From positions 27,034,001-27,098,000 of the forward strand of contig CM075988.1 in the NCBI GenBank assembly GCA_038087875.1: DNA of 64,000 bases, written 5' to 3'. This document shows positions 25,616 through 36,863 of the stretch, piece by piece. The translations under genes and the position numbers were made by a program. The number at the start of each line of letters is the position of its first letter. The first letter of the stretch is position 1. Source of the stretch: Malacoraja senta (Eukaryota). The notes below the pieces were generated by a model. It did no database searches, was not told the DNA's origin, and saw only the letters and a list, made by a program, of their open reading frames with translations.

Positions 25616-28600
25616 TCATGCTTGTAATAGGTCCAAAAACGTAGACCACGTCTTTTGAAATTGATCTACTTTGCCTACTAGGAGGAATCTCATCTCTTCC
25701 AGATGTAATGTTTCCAACATATTTGATGTCCACATTTTTATTGTTGGTGTGGGCGCATTTTTCCAGAATTTAAGTATAAGCTTTTTTCCCATTATTAGCC
25801 CATAATTGAGTAAATTCTTCTGATACACGTTTAATTCAGGAATACCTTCCGATATTCCAAAAATAATCCATTCTGGTTTTGGTACCAGTTTTATTTTGAT
25901 TAATTTTGAAAAAATATCAAATATTTCAAACCAGAATTTTTGGATTTTTGTACAAAAAACAAAAGAATGTGCTATGGTAGCTTCTTGACATATACATTTA
26001 TCACAGATTGGTGAGACGTTAGGAAAGATTTTATTTAGTTTGGTTTTTGAATAATATAATCTATGTAATGTTTTAAATTGGATAAGCGTATGTCGTACGT
26101 TGATCGAGCATTTATGCACCTGTAATAAATGATTATCCCAACTCTCTTTTGAAATTTTTATACCTAGATCTTGTTCCCAATCTCTTCTAATTCCATCTGT
26201 TGTGGGTATTTCTATATTTAAGATGATATTATATAAGTATGATATTAAATTAACTGATTCCGCCTTTGTCTTCATTGCTTCATCTAGTAAGTCGGAAGGC
26301 ATATTATAATAATCTTTTGTGTGTGTTTTCAAATAGTCACAGATTTGTAGATATTTAAAATATTGATTATTTTTCAAATTATATTTCAGTTGTAGTTGTT
26401 GGAATGATAGTAATTTTTCTAATTCATACAGATCTTCGAGCGTTTTAATTCCCATTCTTTCCCATTGTATAAATGCTTTATCTATGATTGAAGGTTTAAA
26501 CGATGGGTTATTGACTATTGGTATTAAGAGAGATAGGTTTCTTAATTTTAGATTCTGTTTTATTTGCTTCCATGTTCTAATAGTGCTATATATAATTGGA
26601 TTTTTATTATAATTTTTATTATTCAAATTTATTGGAGAGAGAATAATCGCTCCTATATTATTCGGGGAGCAATCCCCTTTTTCCATTATAATCCAGTCCA
26701 CCTGCTGGGCAGAATTGTCCAGCAGGTGAATCATATTTTTAATATTTACTGCCCAGTTATAATACATAAAGTTAGGGAGCGCTAGACCCCCCAACTCTTT
26801 TCGTTTGTTAAGGTGTGTTCTTTGTATTCTGTGGGATTTGTAATCCCATATAAAATTTGTAATGTCTGAGTCCAGTTTTTTGAAAAACTTTTTTGGGAGA
26901 TATATAGGTATTGATTGAAATAGGTAAAGGATTTGTGGTAAGAAAATCATTTTTATAGCATTTATCCTACCTATTAAGGACATCGGAAGTGTTTTCCAAA
27001 ATTTAATCAGATTATTTAATTTCTTAAGTAGGGGATTATAATTAGCTTTAAACATATCATGGTAATTTCTAGTAATCTCAATTCCTAAATATTTGAATTT
27101 TTCCATAGCTATTTTAAAAGGGAATTTCCTGAGATGTGTTGAGTCTTTTGGTTTAATCGACATAATTTCACTTTTGTTCCAATTTATTCTATATCCTGAA
27201 AAGGATCCAAAGTCCTCAATTAAGTTTAATATATTTGGTATACTAATTTGTGGTTTTGTGATGTACAGTAGTACATCATCAGCATATAGGGATAGTTTGT
27301 TGTTTGAATATTTTGTGTTATAACCGTGAATATTCGAGTGTGTTCTTATTTTTTCAGCAAGGGGTTCAATTACCAAAGCAAATAACAGCGGTGATAGTGA
27401 ACATCCTTGTCTGTTGCCCCTAGATAATTCGAATTTTGAAGATAATATATTATTAGTTAGTATTCTAGCCGTAGGTTTGTTATATAGTAGTTTTATCCAT
27501 GCAATAAAGTTTTCTCCCAATTGGAATTTTTGCAATACTTTGATCATATAGTCCCATTCTACTTGATCAAACGCTTTTTCTGCGTCCAGTGAGATGATAG
27601 CTAACTCTTGGTCATCAGATTTATGTGAATGCATTATGTTAAGCAAACGTCTCAAATTATTAAATGAGTGTCTCTTAGGTATAAATCCTGTTTGATCCTC
27701 ATGTATTAGTCTACTAACATACTTGCTTAATCTATTGGCTAATGTTTTTGCTATTATTTTCTGATCCGTATTTAACAAAGCAATAGCTCTATATGATCCT
27801 GGTTCTTCTATATTTTTATCTTTTTTAAGTATTAATATGATCGTTGATTCCGCTAGTGTTTCAGGTAGGTTTTGCTCTTTATAAGCATATGTATACATTT
27901 TTTGTAATCGTGGAGTAACTATATCATAAAAAGATTTATAAAATTCATTACTGAATCCGTCTGGTCCTGGTGTTTTTCCATTTTTTAGTGTTTTTATTGT
28001 GTCTTCTATCTCCTTAGAAGTAATTTGTGCTCCCAGTTCCTCTTGTTCCCTGCGTTCTAATTGTGGTAGATTACAATTATCTAAAAATTCTGAGATTTTA
28101 TTATTGTCTATTGACGTTTTAGATGTGTATAGATTCTGGTAAAATTGAGCAAATCTTTTATTAATATCCTTGGGTAGTGTTAATACTTCCCCTCTATCTG
28201 ATTTAATCTTTAATATTGCATTCTCTTTTTCCCGTTTTTTAAGTTGTCGTGCTAGAAGTTTGTGGGGTTTGTCCCCGAATTCGAAGTGTTCTTGTTTTGT
28301 GATTTGAAATAATGTTATAACTTTCTCTGACAGTAATTTATTTAACTGAAATTTCAGTAGTAGTATTTTATTATGTTTATCCATAGTTGGGTCTTTAGCA
28401 TTATCTATATCTAACTGTTTTATTTGATCTTCTAAGTGTCTTTGTTCATTCTTATTCTTTTTATTTTGATAAGCTTGAAATGAAATAATGACTCCTCTTA
28501 TAAATGCTTTGAAGGATTCCCATAATAACGTGGGGGATATCTCTGGTGTATCATTTAACTCAAAAAATAGATCCATCTGTTTTTTTAGATAGCTACTCCC

Positions 28601-29408
28601 TTGAGGGTCTTTTAAAATTTGTGAGTTAAACCTCCAGAACGGTTTATTCATAGACATTCCTTCTAGTTTTAGAACAAAAGTTAACGGAGAATGATCTGAG
28701 ATCGCATTAATATGATATTTAGGATTCAGAGATTGCGAAATTAATTTTGTATCCACAAGAAAATAGTCTATCCGTGAATATGTTTTATGCACCATTGAAT
28801 AAAACGAGTAATCCCTTCCCGTCGGGTTTGCAATCCTCCATACATCTGTTATATTTGTGTTTTCCATATATGTGTGTAAGAGTTCACTGGTTTTAGATTT
28901 CGTCTGACCTTTTTGTTTTTTGCATCGATTTATCTAAATAAGGATCTAAAACACAATTAAAATCTCCTCCGATTATAACATTTTGATAATTAGATTCTGC
29001 AATTATATTCAGAATTTTATTAAAAAATTGAGGGTTATCAAAGTTGGGCGCATATATGTTTACCAGCGTAATTGGCATATTATTGATCTCCCCTGCTACT
29101 ATAAGATATCTCCCTTCCTTATCTAAAATAGTGTTCTTTGATTTAAATGGAATTCCTTTACGAATAATAATTGCAGTACCTCTAGATTTGGAGGTAAATG
29201 AAGAGTGAAATGTTTGGCCTATCCAGTTCGCCCTCAGTCTTGTCTGATCTTGCTGTTTAAGATGTGTTTCCTGTAGAAACGCAATGTCCGTGTTGTATGA
29301 TTTCAACTGAGCTAGTATCTTGCCCCTTTTAATAGGTTCATTAATCCCCCTTATATTCCAACTACATAATGTGATTCCTCCTATTTTCTTTTGATTGTCG
29401 TCATGCAT
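25616..29408 (-). CDS. L1 ORF2p (APE endonuclease-RT-CCHC), split by one +1 frameshift at ~28910
   Basis: SWNIRG, QETH, NIYAPN and GGDFN in 28893..29408. SRIDY, SDH, RQGCSLSPLLF, YADD and CDKC..HSFVFC in 25616..28867. The span is 3793 nt = 1264 codons + 1 nt. Confidence 0.92.
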
Positions 29409-30626
29409 TTTTACCAGTTTTAATGACCTTAATTATTGTGGTGCGTTCATACCTCTGGACTCTGGTTATTTTGGGAGTATTTCTATTATAGACTTCCTTG
29501 GTAGTTCTCCTGCGCGATTGTCCTTGAAGAAAAAACACACAGATGTGACATATTGTGATTAAAAAAAATATATATAAATCAAATAAATTTACGGTGTCTA
29601 AAATTTCAACACCGTAGTGAGTGGCCCACTCGTCTGTGGGGTACGACATCCATAACGCTTCCGGCGTAGTTGGTATAAAGTTAGCCCCGCTGTATTTATT
29701 ACCCAAAATCTATGGGGTCATTACCGTTTCCAATTCAGTTCTATTTCACCCAGTTACAATTTATATATATGTCAAATGTATTCGATTCCATATCCTACTC
29801 ACTCTTTATCTCTTAACTATTTTAAAATGAATTTAGTATTGTTAAAGTGAGCGGTTTACTGAGTGGATTAATCGGAGTCAGGTTCCTGGAATTGTGCCAG
29901 GTGCCTGATCTCCTCTCCTCTCCACGAGCTGCGAACATAGGTGATAACTGCTGTCTGCGTTATGACGCAGGCACCACAGTTTTATCAGTTTCAAATATTA
30001 TTTCTATATTAGTATTGTTAATTATTAATTATGATTAATTCTCAGCATTTTGTAAAACTATATAAGCCGTATATATTTTTCATATCAACCTCGAGTGTAT
30101 ATTATCTCTTAACTATTTTAAATTGATTTTAATATTGTTAAAAATGAGCTGTTCGCTGGAAGGGTTAACGGGAGTCTGGCTCCTGGAGTTATGCCAGGTA
30201 CCCGGTCTCCCCCTCCCTCCACTCTCGAGCTGCATAGCACTTGCTGTTATCTGCTAAACAGAGCAGACTGCACATTTTTTATCTATTTCAATTGCTATTT
30301 CTATATTAGTATTGTTAATTGTTAATTATTATTAGTTCTCAGTTTTTTCAGTTTTTTATAAACAATATAAGCCATGTGATGTTTTTCACTCTCAGCCCAG
30401 CAGTTCGTCCCGTGTTATCAGGTTTTCCTCGTTTGAGCACGTAGTGTCCTTGAATTACATAGCACAATGTTCCAGCGAAGATAATAATGTCTAGCCACGT
30501 CTCACTAAGAATCTGTTGCTTGAAGTCAAATAAAAAATAAAAAATCAGTGTTCAGTTAATTCACTTTCCTTGTGATACTCTTGTTGGAAGAATAAGCAAG
30601 TTCGTTTGTTCCTGTCGTCTTGGTTT

Positions 30627-31622
30627 TCAATCTCCAGTTGATGCAGCCTTAGTCGCGATTTCTTGAGCGTATTTGAGAGATTCATCCGAATTAGTGAATG
30701 TTTTTGACACTCCCTCAAAGGTGATACGCATTCTAGCCGGATAAAACACTCCACACAAAACTCCCTTAACACCATAAAGAACTTCTCTGGTCTGTGAGAA
30801 CTTTCTTCTCTTTTGCTCAATCTCATAAGGGTAGTCCCGTAGGAGTTTAATAGTATCACCTCTGTACATCATCTTCTCTCCGTGGTTGATTTTTTTCATC
30901 AGCGCTTCCATTGTTGAGATATCCCGAAGTTTAATTATGATCTGTCGTGGGTAGGCACGTTCTCCTTGAGATCTTGATTTAAATCTGGGGAGTCGATGTG
31001 CTACTTCAATTACAGGTACTTCTGGTAGCTTCAGTACGTGTTTAATTAGGTTGGCAGCGAACTCACAAACATTGTCCCCCTCAGCTCCCTCTTTTACACC
31101 ACGTATTCTTATATTTTGGCGTCTTGAGCGAGCTTCTAGGTCAACACATTTATTCGAAACCTTTGTGACTTGGTTCTTGAGACTATCTATTTCTGACTTC
31201 ATAGTCTGCATCTCTCCAGCCATCACTTCCACAACAGCTTCCAAATCATTCACTGCAGATGCATTTGCAGCCACAGTTTCGTGCACAGCCTCAAACATCT
31301 TTGTGGTCTCTTCTGCCACCTTTTCAATTTTTATCGATAGTCCTTTTTCCACACCTTCAATTCTTTTTTGGAGAGCCTCAATACCCTCAAGTATTTTATC
31401 ATTACCGGCTATCAATTTACTGTTCCCAGCTTCCATATCATTTTTGATATCTCTTACCGAGTTTCTTAAGTCCTCCATTTCGGTTTTCTCTTTTGCAGAT
31501 CGAGTAGCCATTCCAGAGACCTCTCCAGAGGTCAGTTCTGAAGTTTCTTGCTGTTCCAGAGTCTTCAGCAGATGTTTTGAGATTTTCCTCTGTGGGCTCT
31601 GACCTGGAGATGTACTTTTCAT
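30627..31622 (-). CDS. L1 ORF1p (coiled coil + RRM + CTD), 331 aa
   Basis: Heptad-rich N-terminal half followed by DLEARSRRQNIRIRGVKE, AHR and YPA.MRI motifs. Confidence 0.92.
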   Translation of the reverse strand: MKSTSPGQSPQRKISKHLLKTLEQQETSELTSGEVSGMATRSAKEKTEMEDLRNSVRDIKNDMEAGNSKLIAGNDKILEGIEALQKRIEGVEKGLSIKIEKVAEETTKMFEAVHETVAANASAVNDLEAVVEVMAGEMQTMKSEIDSLKNQVTKVSNKCVDLEARSRRQNIRIRGVKEGAEGDNVCEFAANLIKHVLKLPEVPVIEVAHRLPRFKSRSQGERAYPRQIIIKLRDISTMEALMKKINHGEKMMYRGDTIKLLRDYPYEIEQKRRKFSQTREVLYGVKGVLCGVFYPARMRITFEGVSKTFTNSDESLKYAQEIATKAASTGD

Positions 31623-33927
31623 TTAAAATGACTTTCCCTCCGTTATAATCGCGGCGCTTACTGATGACGTCATCAGCACCGCGACATGAAGCTCCGGTAA
31701 GTTTTTAAAAACGGTCCCGACCTCCAGACCCGATTTTAACGCGAAAAATCGCGATTTTTTCAGCGGAGCTAAAAAGTTTGCGACTGCTAGCAGAGCATGT
31801 CGCAACCGGAAGTCGCAGCTGCCGTCTTCACTTGTTTTGGAAACTCTGCTGACCCTGTGCACGCGCCTCATCAATGAGGGTGCTATCAAGCAGCCCTTTA
31901 CTAGGTGCTGCTGACCTGGCTTCTGGAGCCTGGTTCTGACATCACTCCTCCTGGAGTATGTCTTGTTGGAGCAACCTGTGTACAGGTTCTCCATTTGGAA
32001 TATCCACTCAAAAAGTGGTATCCAGCCTTGGAGGTGAATCCCAAACTGACTCTTGCTCCATGGACCTGACTTGCATGTTGCCTAGCGCCCAACTGACGCT
32101 GGCTCCGTTCTTTTTCTTAATACACAAGTCCACAGTCGCCCCGCTCCCAGCTGGCGACTGTTATAGGGGTATGAGGCAGTCCTTTACCAACCGCATTCCC
32201 GCGGCTCTCTGTCAGCTTTGCGGCTTCGCCTTGCGCCCGACTGGTGCTGACTGCATTCATTTCAGCCCCAAATCCACAGTCGCTACGCTCTCCGCTGGCG
32301 ACTGTACCGGGGTCAGAGGCGGCTGGTCGCCGACCGCAATCTCACGACTCTCTACCGGCTGTGCCGCTCGCCTCCTCCCCTTGCCCGTTTTTTTCCATGG
32401 TGCCTGTGGAAAAAATCCCCACAGACCCATAGCCAACGGACACGGAAATTACGAAAAAAGTTTTAACTTACCTTGTAGTTCACAACTACATTTCCACTAG
32501 AGGAGCTCTGCTCCTCACGTCCGTTTGCGCCAATGCGTCTGACGTAATGACGCGCAGGCGCACTGGCGGGGTTCTTCACGTAGTCACTCACGTGACTCCG
32601 AAGTAAAATTCAGGACGCTACCCAGATTGGCTAAAGATGCCAGATTTCATTTCCAGAAAAAAACAAATAGGTATTTTGTCATGTTAATCCAGTAATCCCA
32701 TTATCACTATGACTGACTGCATTTTATAATTTTTTTAGATGACTTGAATTAAAATACACCAGGTGTTTATGATGTGATTCAAACATATCTCAGGGTCAAT
32801 AGGACCAACTGATTGCTGACACCCTTAACCACTACACACATACCCTATTTAAGTAAAATCAGAACGGTACAGTGTGCAGTGTGACAGGTAAAAGCACACG
32901 TTAAAATTGGGCGGACATCGGGACGAGGGAAATAACCAAGCCATTAACTAGTTCAGCACAAAACCTGGTAGGGAGATGATTTATTTTGAAAAAAAATGAT
33001 TGCTTCAAATCCCAATGTATTAAAGTCAAACATGACTTTTGTTTCCATTTGAGTCTCTGGCAGCACTAACCAGTTTTAGAGCTTGCAAGAATCGAGAAAA
33101 CTGTTTTAGGTTAGATGGGCTTGATCCATTTTTGTAGATTCACAAAGAGATTAAAATGAAAATATTCTGTGAATGCCATAATCACATGGTAGACTGAAGT
33201 AATTGTATAGAAAAAAACACAAAATGTTTGCAGTGGCTAAATGGTAATGATATAGCACAGTACTAAAGAGCAATGAATAATCACAATCCACGTGGCACTT
33301 GGGCTTCTGAATTGACCAGTTTGGTTTCGATTATAAAAAGCATTTCACAGCCTTTCCTACCCCTTTCAAAAGCCATCTTACATCTTTAAGCCTTAATTAT
33401 GACTATTGATGGGATAAATAATTCTAATGCTAGATGAGAGAGCAAGAAGATTAAAGGTTTCTTTGTTCAGTTCCAGTGGTTTTCCTCAGTAATGTATTTG
33501 ACACTATTTTATGTGAGACATATGTCTGCCTTAATTCTCCAAATGTTAGAATGCTTATATTATCCAAAACCCAAGTTCATCATCGTTGTTTCTGAAACTT
33601 TATCCTGCTATATCCAGTGATTACACTTCAATGTGTTTCAATAGCTGTCAAATATTTTTAAATTCCCTGGTGAAAGACAGCTGCTGTTACCACAACTTAT
33701 AATTATGATAGACTTGAAAGATTGCTATCAAATAAAACCAAACATTTTCTTGATACGAGAACCATTCCATTATGCTGTACTGTAAAATTAGCCTTAATTC
33801 AGAGGAAAATCTGGGACATAAAGCAGTTTAATGGAACATAAAAATAAAAGAATTGATCATTCTGAAAATGTCCAGTAGCTCAGAGAAAGTCATTGATTTT
33901 GCTGGGCAGGTAATGCTGGCCAAAAAA

Positions 33928-34396
33928 AGACACAGAGTGCTGGAGTAACTCAGCGGGTCAGGCAGCATCTGTGGAGAACATGGATAGGTGACATTTCAAG
34001 TTGGGACCCTTTCTTCAGACTGATTGTGGTGGAGAGGGAGAGATGGATGAGAAAGCTGGAAGAGAGGAGGGCAGGATAAAGCCTGACCCGAAACGTCACC
34101 TATCCAAGTTCTCCAGAGATGCTGCCTGACCCGCTGAGTTACTCCAGCACTCTGTGAAACGTCACCTATCCATGTTCTCCACAGATGCTGCCTGACCCGC
34201 TGAGTTACTCCAGCACTCTGTGAAACGTCACCTATCCATGTTCTCCACAGGTGCTGCCTAAGCCGCTGAATTACTCCAGCACTCTGTGAAACGTCACCTA
34301 TCCATGCTCTCCAGATGTGCTGCCTGACCCGCTGAATTACTCCAGCATTTTGTGTCTTCTTCTGTAAACCAGCATCTGCAGTTCATAGTGTCTACA
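33928..34396 (+). mobile_element. Palindromic Penelope-end-like element with the right arm amplified as 4 x 66 bp
   Basis: Left arm 33928-34021; units begin gaaacgtcacc at 34090, 34156, 34222 and 34288; tail ccagcatctgcagttc. Confidence 0.88.
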
Positions 34397-35357
34397 TTCT
34401 AAGGCTTCATTTACCTGATTCAACTGTTGAAGTGACATTTAAAGTAGAATGTGGAACCTCAAGAGATGTCTTTCATCCAGATACCGAAAGCATTTGTTCC
34501 CTCAGGAGACCAGTAATTTGAGGTTCATGAAATTAAACACAGATTATTGTTCTGGTTAGAAAATTGATTGACAGATGCATAAGTTGTCAGGATATGAGGA
34601 ATGGTGTTCTATTATGAACTGTGCAGAGGTGTGTTTTTTAATTACTAGGATAATGAACAGAAAAGCCACAAATCTGAGAGTACGCAGGACATCATTGGAA
34701 GCATTACATGCAGCATAACCACAGCATTAAATTACAAAGGCAGAGTAATAGGTGTAATGAAGAAAGCTGTGGCAAATATATATTAGTGCAGACAAATGTA
34801 TAGTCATCCTCTTTGTCCATCCAGGATACCACCTAGAACAACTCTGAAAACTAGATCATTTTTCACTTTGAAAATGTTGCCCAAACCTGGTGACTCTTGC
34901 AGGCGGTCTCAGTAGACTCTCTCTACACACTTTGGACTGATTGGGGATTGCGTTTAGTCTGCCAATACTTTACTGAACTGTATGTGCCTAATGAATGTCA
35001 CGGTACGGCTGCACACGTGACAATAAAGAACTACCGAACCATTTTAAATGCTGCAATCTGGAGGCAGTGAAGCTGCAGAGAGACTAGCTGATGGGAAGGG
35101 ACATATATTCAATTATTAAGACTCAGTAGTCAGATAGAGAAAACAATTCAAAGACTAATAGAATGTTGGTCTTTGATCTGGAGGACTGGAGTACAAGGGG
35201 GCGGGGAGTAGACATGATGCCAAACTGGTTTGCAGGTGCACTGTGTGTAGTTCTGGTGACCCAACTTGCTATCCTTAGAAGATGTGTGGTTTATACTCAC
35301 TGGAACAGTTCTGCATGTCAGGGTGAATTTATAAGGAGAGATTAGACAAAATGCTGG

Positions 35358-35451
35358 ATAGATACAAAATGCTGGAGTGAATCAGCGGGTCAAGCAGTAT
35401 CTCTGGAGAGAAGGAATGGATGATGTTTCAGGTCGAGACTCTTCTTCAGAC
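35358..35451 (-). mobile_element. Single-arm Penelope-end-like element
   Basis: tagatacaaaatgctggagtgaatcagcggg...gtttcaggtcgagactcttcttcagac. Confidence 0.78.
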
Positions 35452-35524
35452 AAACTGGGATTGTTTTCACTGAAATGTAAAAGGTTAAACAGTTTCCAGG
35501 ACATCAAATGCAATTAGTTTGGTG

Positions 35525-35760
35525 AGACACAGTGGCACAGCTGGTAGAGCTGCCACCTCACAGCGCCAGAGACCCGAGTTCAGACCTGACCTCAGGTGCT
35601 GCCTGTGTGGAGTTTGCATGTTCTCCCTGTGACCACGTGGGTTTCCTCTGGGTGCTCCGGTTTCCTACCACATCACAGAAACGTGCAGGTTTGTAAGTTA
35701 ATTGACCCTCTGTAAATTGCCCCTATAGTGCAGGGAGTGGATGAGAAAGTTAGATAGTTT
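35525..35760 (+). mobile_element. HE1-like V-SINE
   Basis: tRNA head (ggcacagctggtagag, gagttcagacc) plus the V-domain. Confidence 0.85.
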
Positions 35761-35806
35761 ACAACAGCAAATTGACACAGATTCACAAACAGAAAGCTGG
35801 CACTAA

Positions 35807-36187
35807 AGCCCCTGTCCCACTTAGGAGACCTATACAGCAATATCTGGTGACCTTGCCCACCACCCAAGGTTTCCATGAGGTCACCGGAGGTTTTGGTCAC
35901 TCTCCCTAATGGTCGAAAGTGGTTTCCGCGTGGTCGAGGCTTCATCTAGGTTGCTGCTATTTTTTCATCATGATTAAAACCGGCCTCGACTAAAAATAGG
36001 TTGCCGTTTTAAAAATCGATAATTTTTTAGTCGCAGGTCTAATCAAAGCCGCTTTTCTTCATAGTTGAGGAAGGTTTCCAACATATGCGTGGGAGGTGGT
36101 AGGAGGTTGCAGGTCTTGATTTTTTTTTGGGTGGCGGGCAAGGTCACCAGAGGTTGCAGTTTATGTCTCCTAAGTGGGACAGGGGCT
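35807..36187. mobile_element. PIF/Harbinger-type MITE (381 bp), TAA TSD
   Basis: TIR agcccctgtcccacttaggagac (23 bp perfect, ~60 bp imperfect); TAA at 35804-35806 and 36188-36190. Confidence 0.85.
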
Positions 36188-36863
36188 TAACTCTGTGGGT
36201 GACGGCCACAGGCAGATCAATCTGGTCCGTTCTGAGGGAACCATTTCCATTTTTCCCTCATTATGTTTTTGATAAATTGCTGCACTTCTATTTGGCTTTA
36301 AATGTCCTTCATTATTTAACAAGAAGCTCAAACAGTTCCCTGACAGGAATATACAGGAATAAGATGATGTGATGAATAAAAGTATTCTGCACCATCTGTT
36401 TCCTTGGATGAACTGTTGAAAGTCATTTCGCAAGGGTGTGAAGAGTTTTGGCACATCATTCTCTGACAACAAATTAGTCCAAGTAAAATAGAGACCTGCT
36501 CCATACCATGCATACAATAGGGGATGGTAGCATTACAATGTCACACGGGCAAGAACATGTCTTTATATGATGCCTGTCACAATCTCAGCAAGTCCAAACA
36601 ATCACACATGGGAATACCATGCTTTTGACAGATGTTCACTGTTATGAATGGAGCACTTATTTACACACAGAAAAGTTATACAATAATGTAGCAACCAGCT
36701 GACTGAAGTATTTGGCTAAAACAGTGGCTCAGGGTAAGGTATAGCAGTGATATTTGTTGGCATACAAAGATAGTCGATAAAATCTCCCTGAAAGAAGCTC
36801 ATGGATTTGGGGCAAATATAGGGACTGAAGTGATTTGGAAATACTTGTGTTGAAGATGAGGAA

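Larger units (their letters stand above)
25198..31814 (-). mobile_element. Full-length L1-clade LINE (6.6 kb) nested in the DIRS gag region, 15-bp TSD
   Basis: TSD gcagctgccgtcttc at 25183-25197 and 31815-31829. 5' end GACTTCCGGTT, ORF1, ORF2 and a (T-An)n tail. Confidence 0.97.
21174..32609 (-). mobile_element. DIRS1-type tyrosine-recombinase retrotransposon (~4.8 kb without the nested L1)
   Basis: ITR 21246-21280 is the reverse complement of 32548-32582. The internal complementary region 21403-21514 matches both termini (21174-21251 and 32573-32609), and both ends share an AAT/ATT triplet. Decayed gag, RT/RNaseH/methyltransferase and YR lie on the minus strand. Confidence 0.93.

Noticed and set aside
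31051..31602. 183-aa ORF antisense to L1 ORF1
   Set aside because: Shadow frame of the coiled-coil coding sequence with no motif.
31623..31994. 123-aa ORF ending directly before L1 ORF1
   Set aside because: It crosses the DIRS/L1 junction (TSD at 31815), so it is a chance chimera of decayed gag and L1 5' UTR.
34090..34353. CRISPR-like periodic array
   Set aside because: The whole 66-bp unit repeats with no unique spacers; it derives from a retroelement end.
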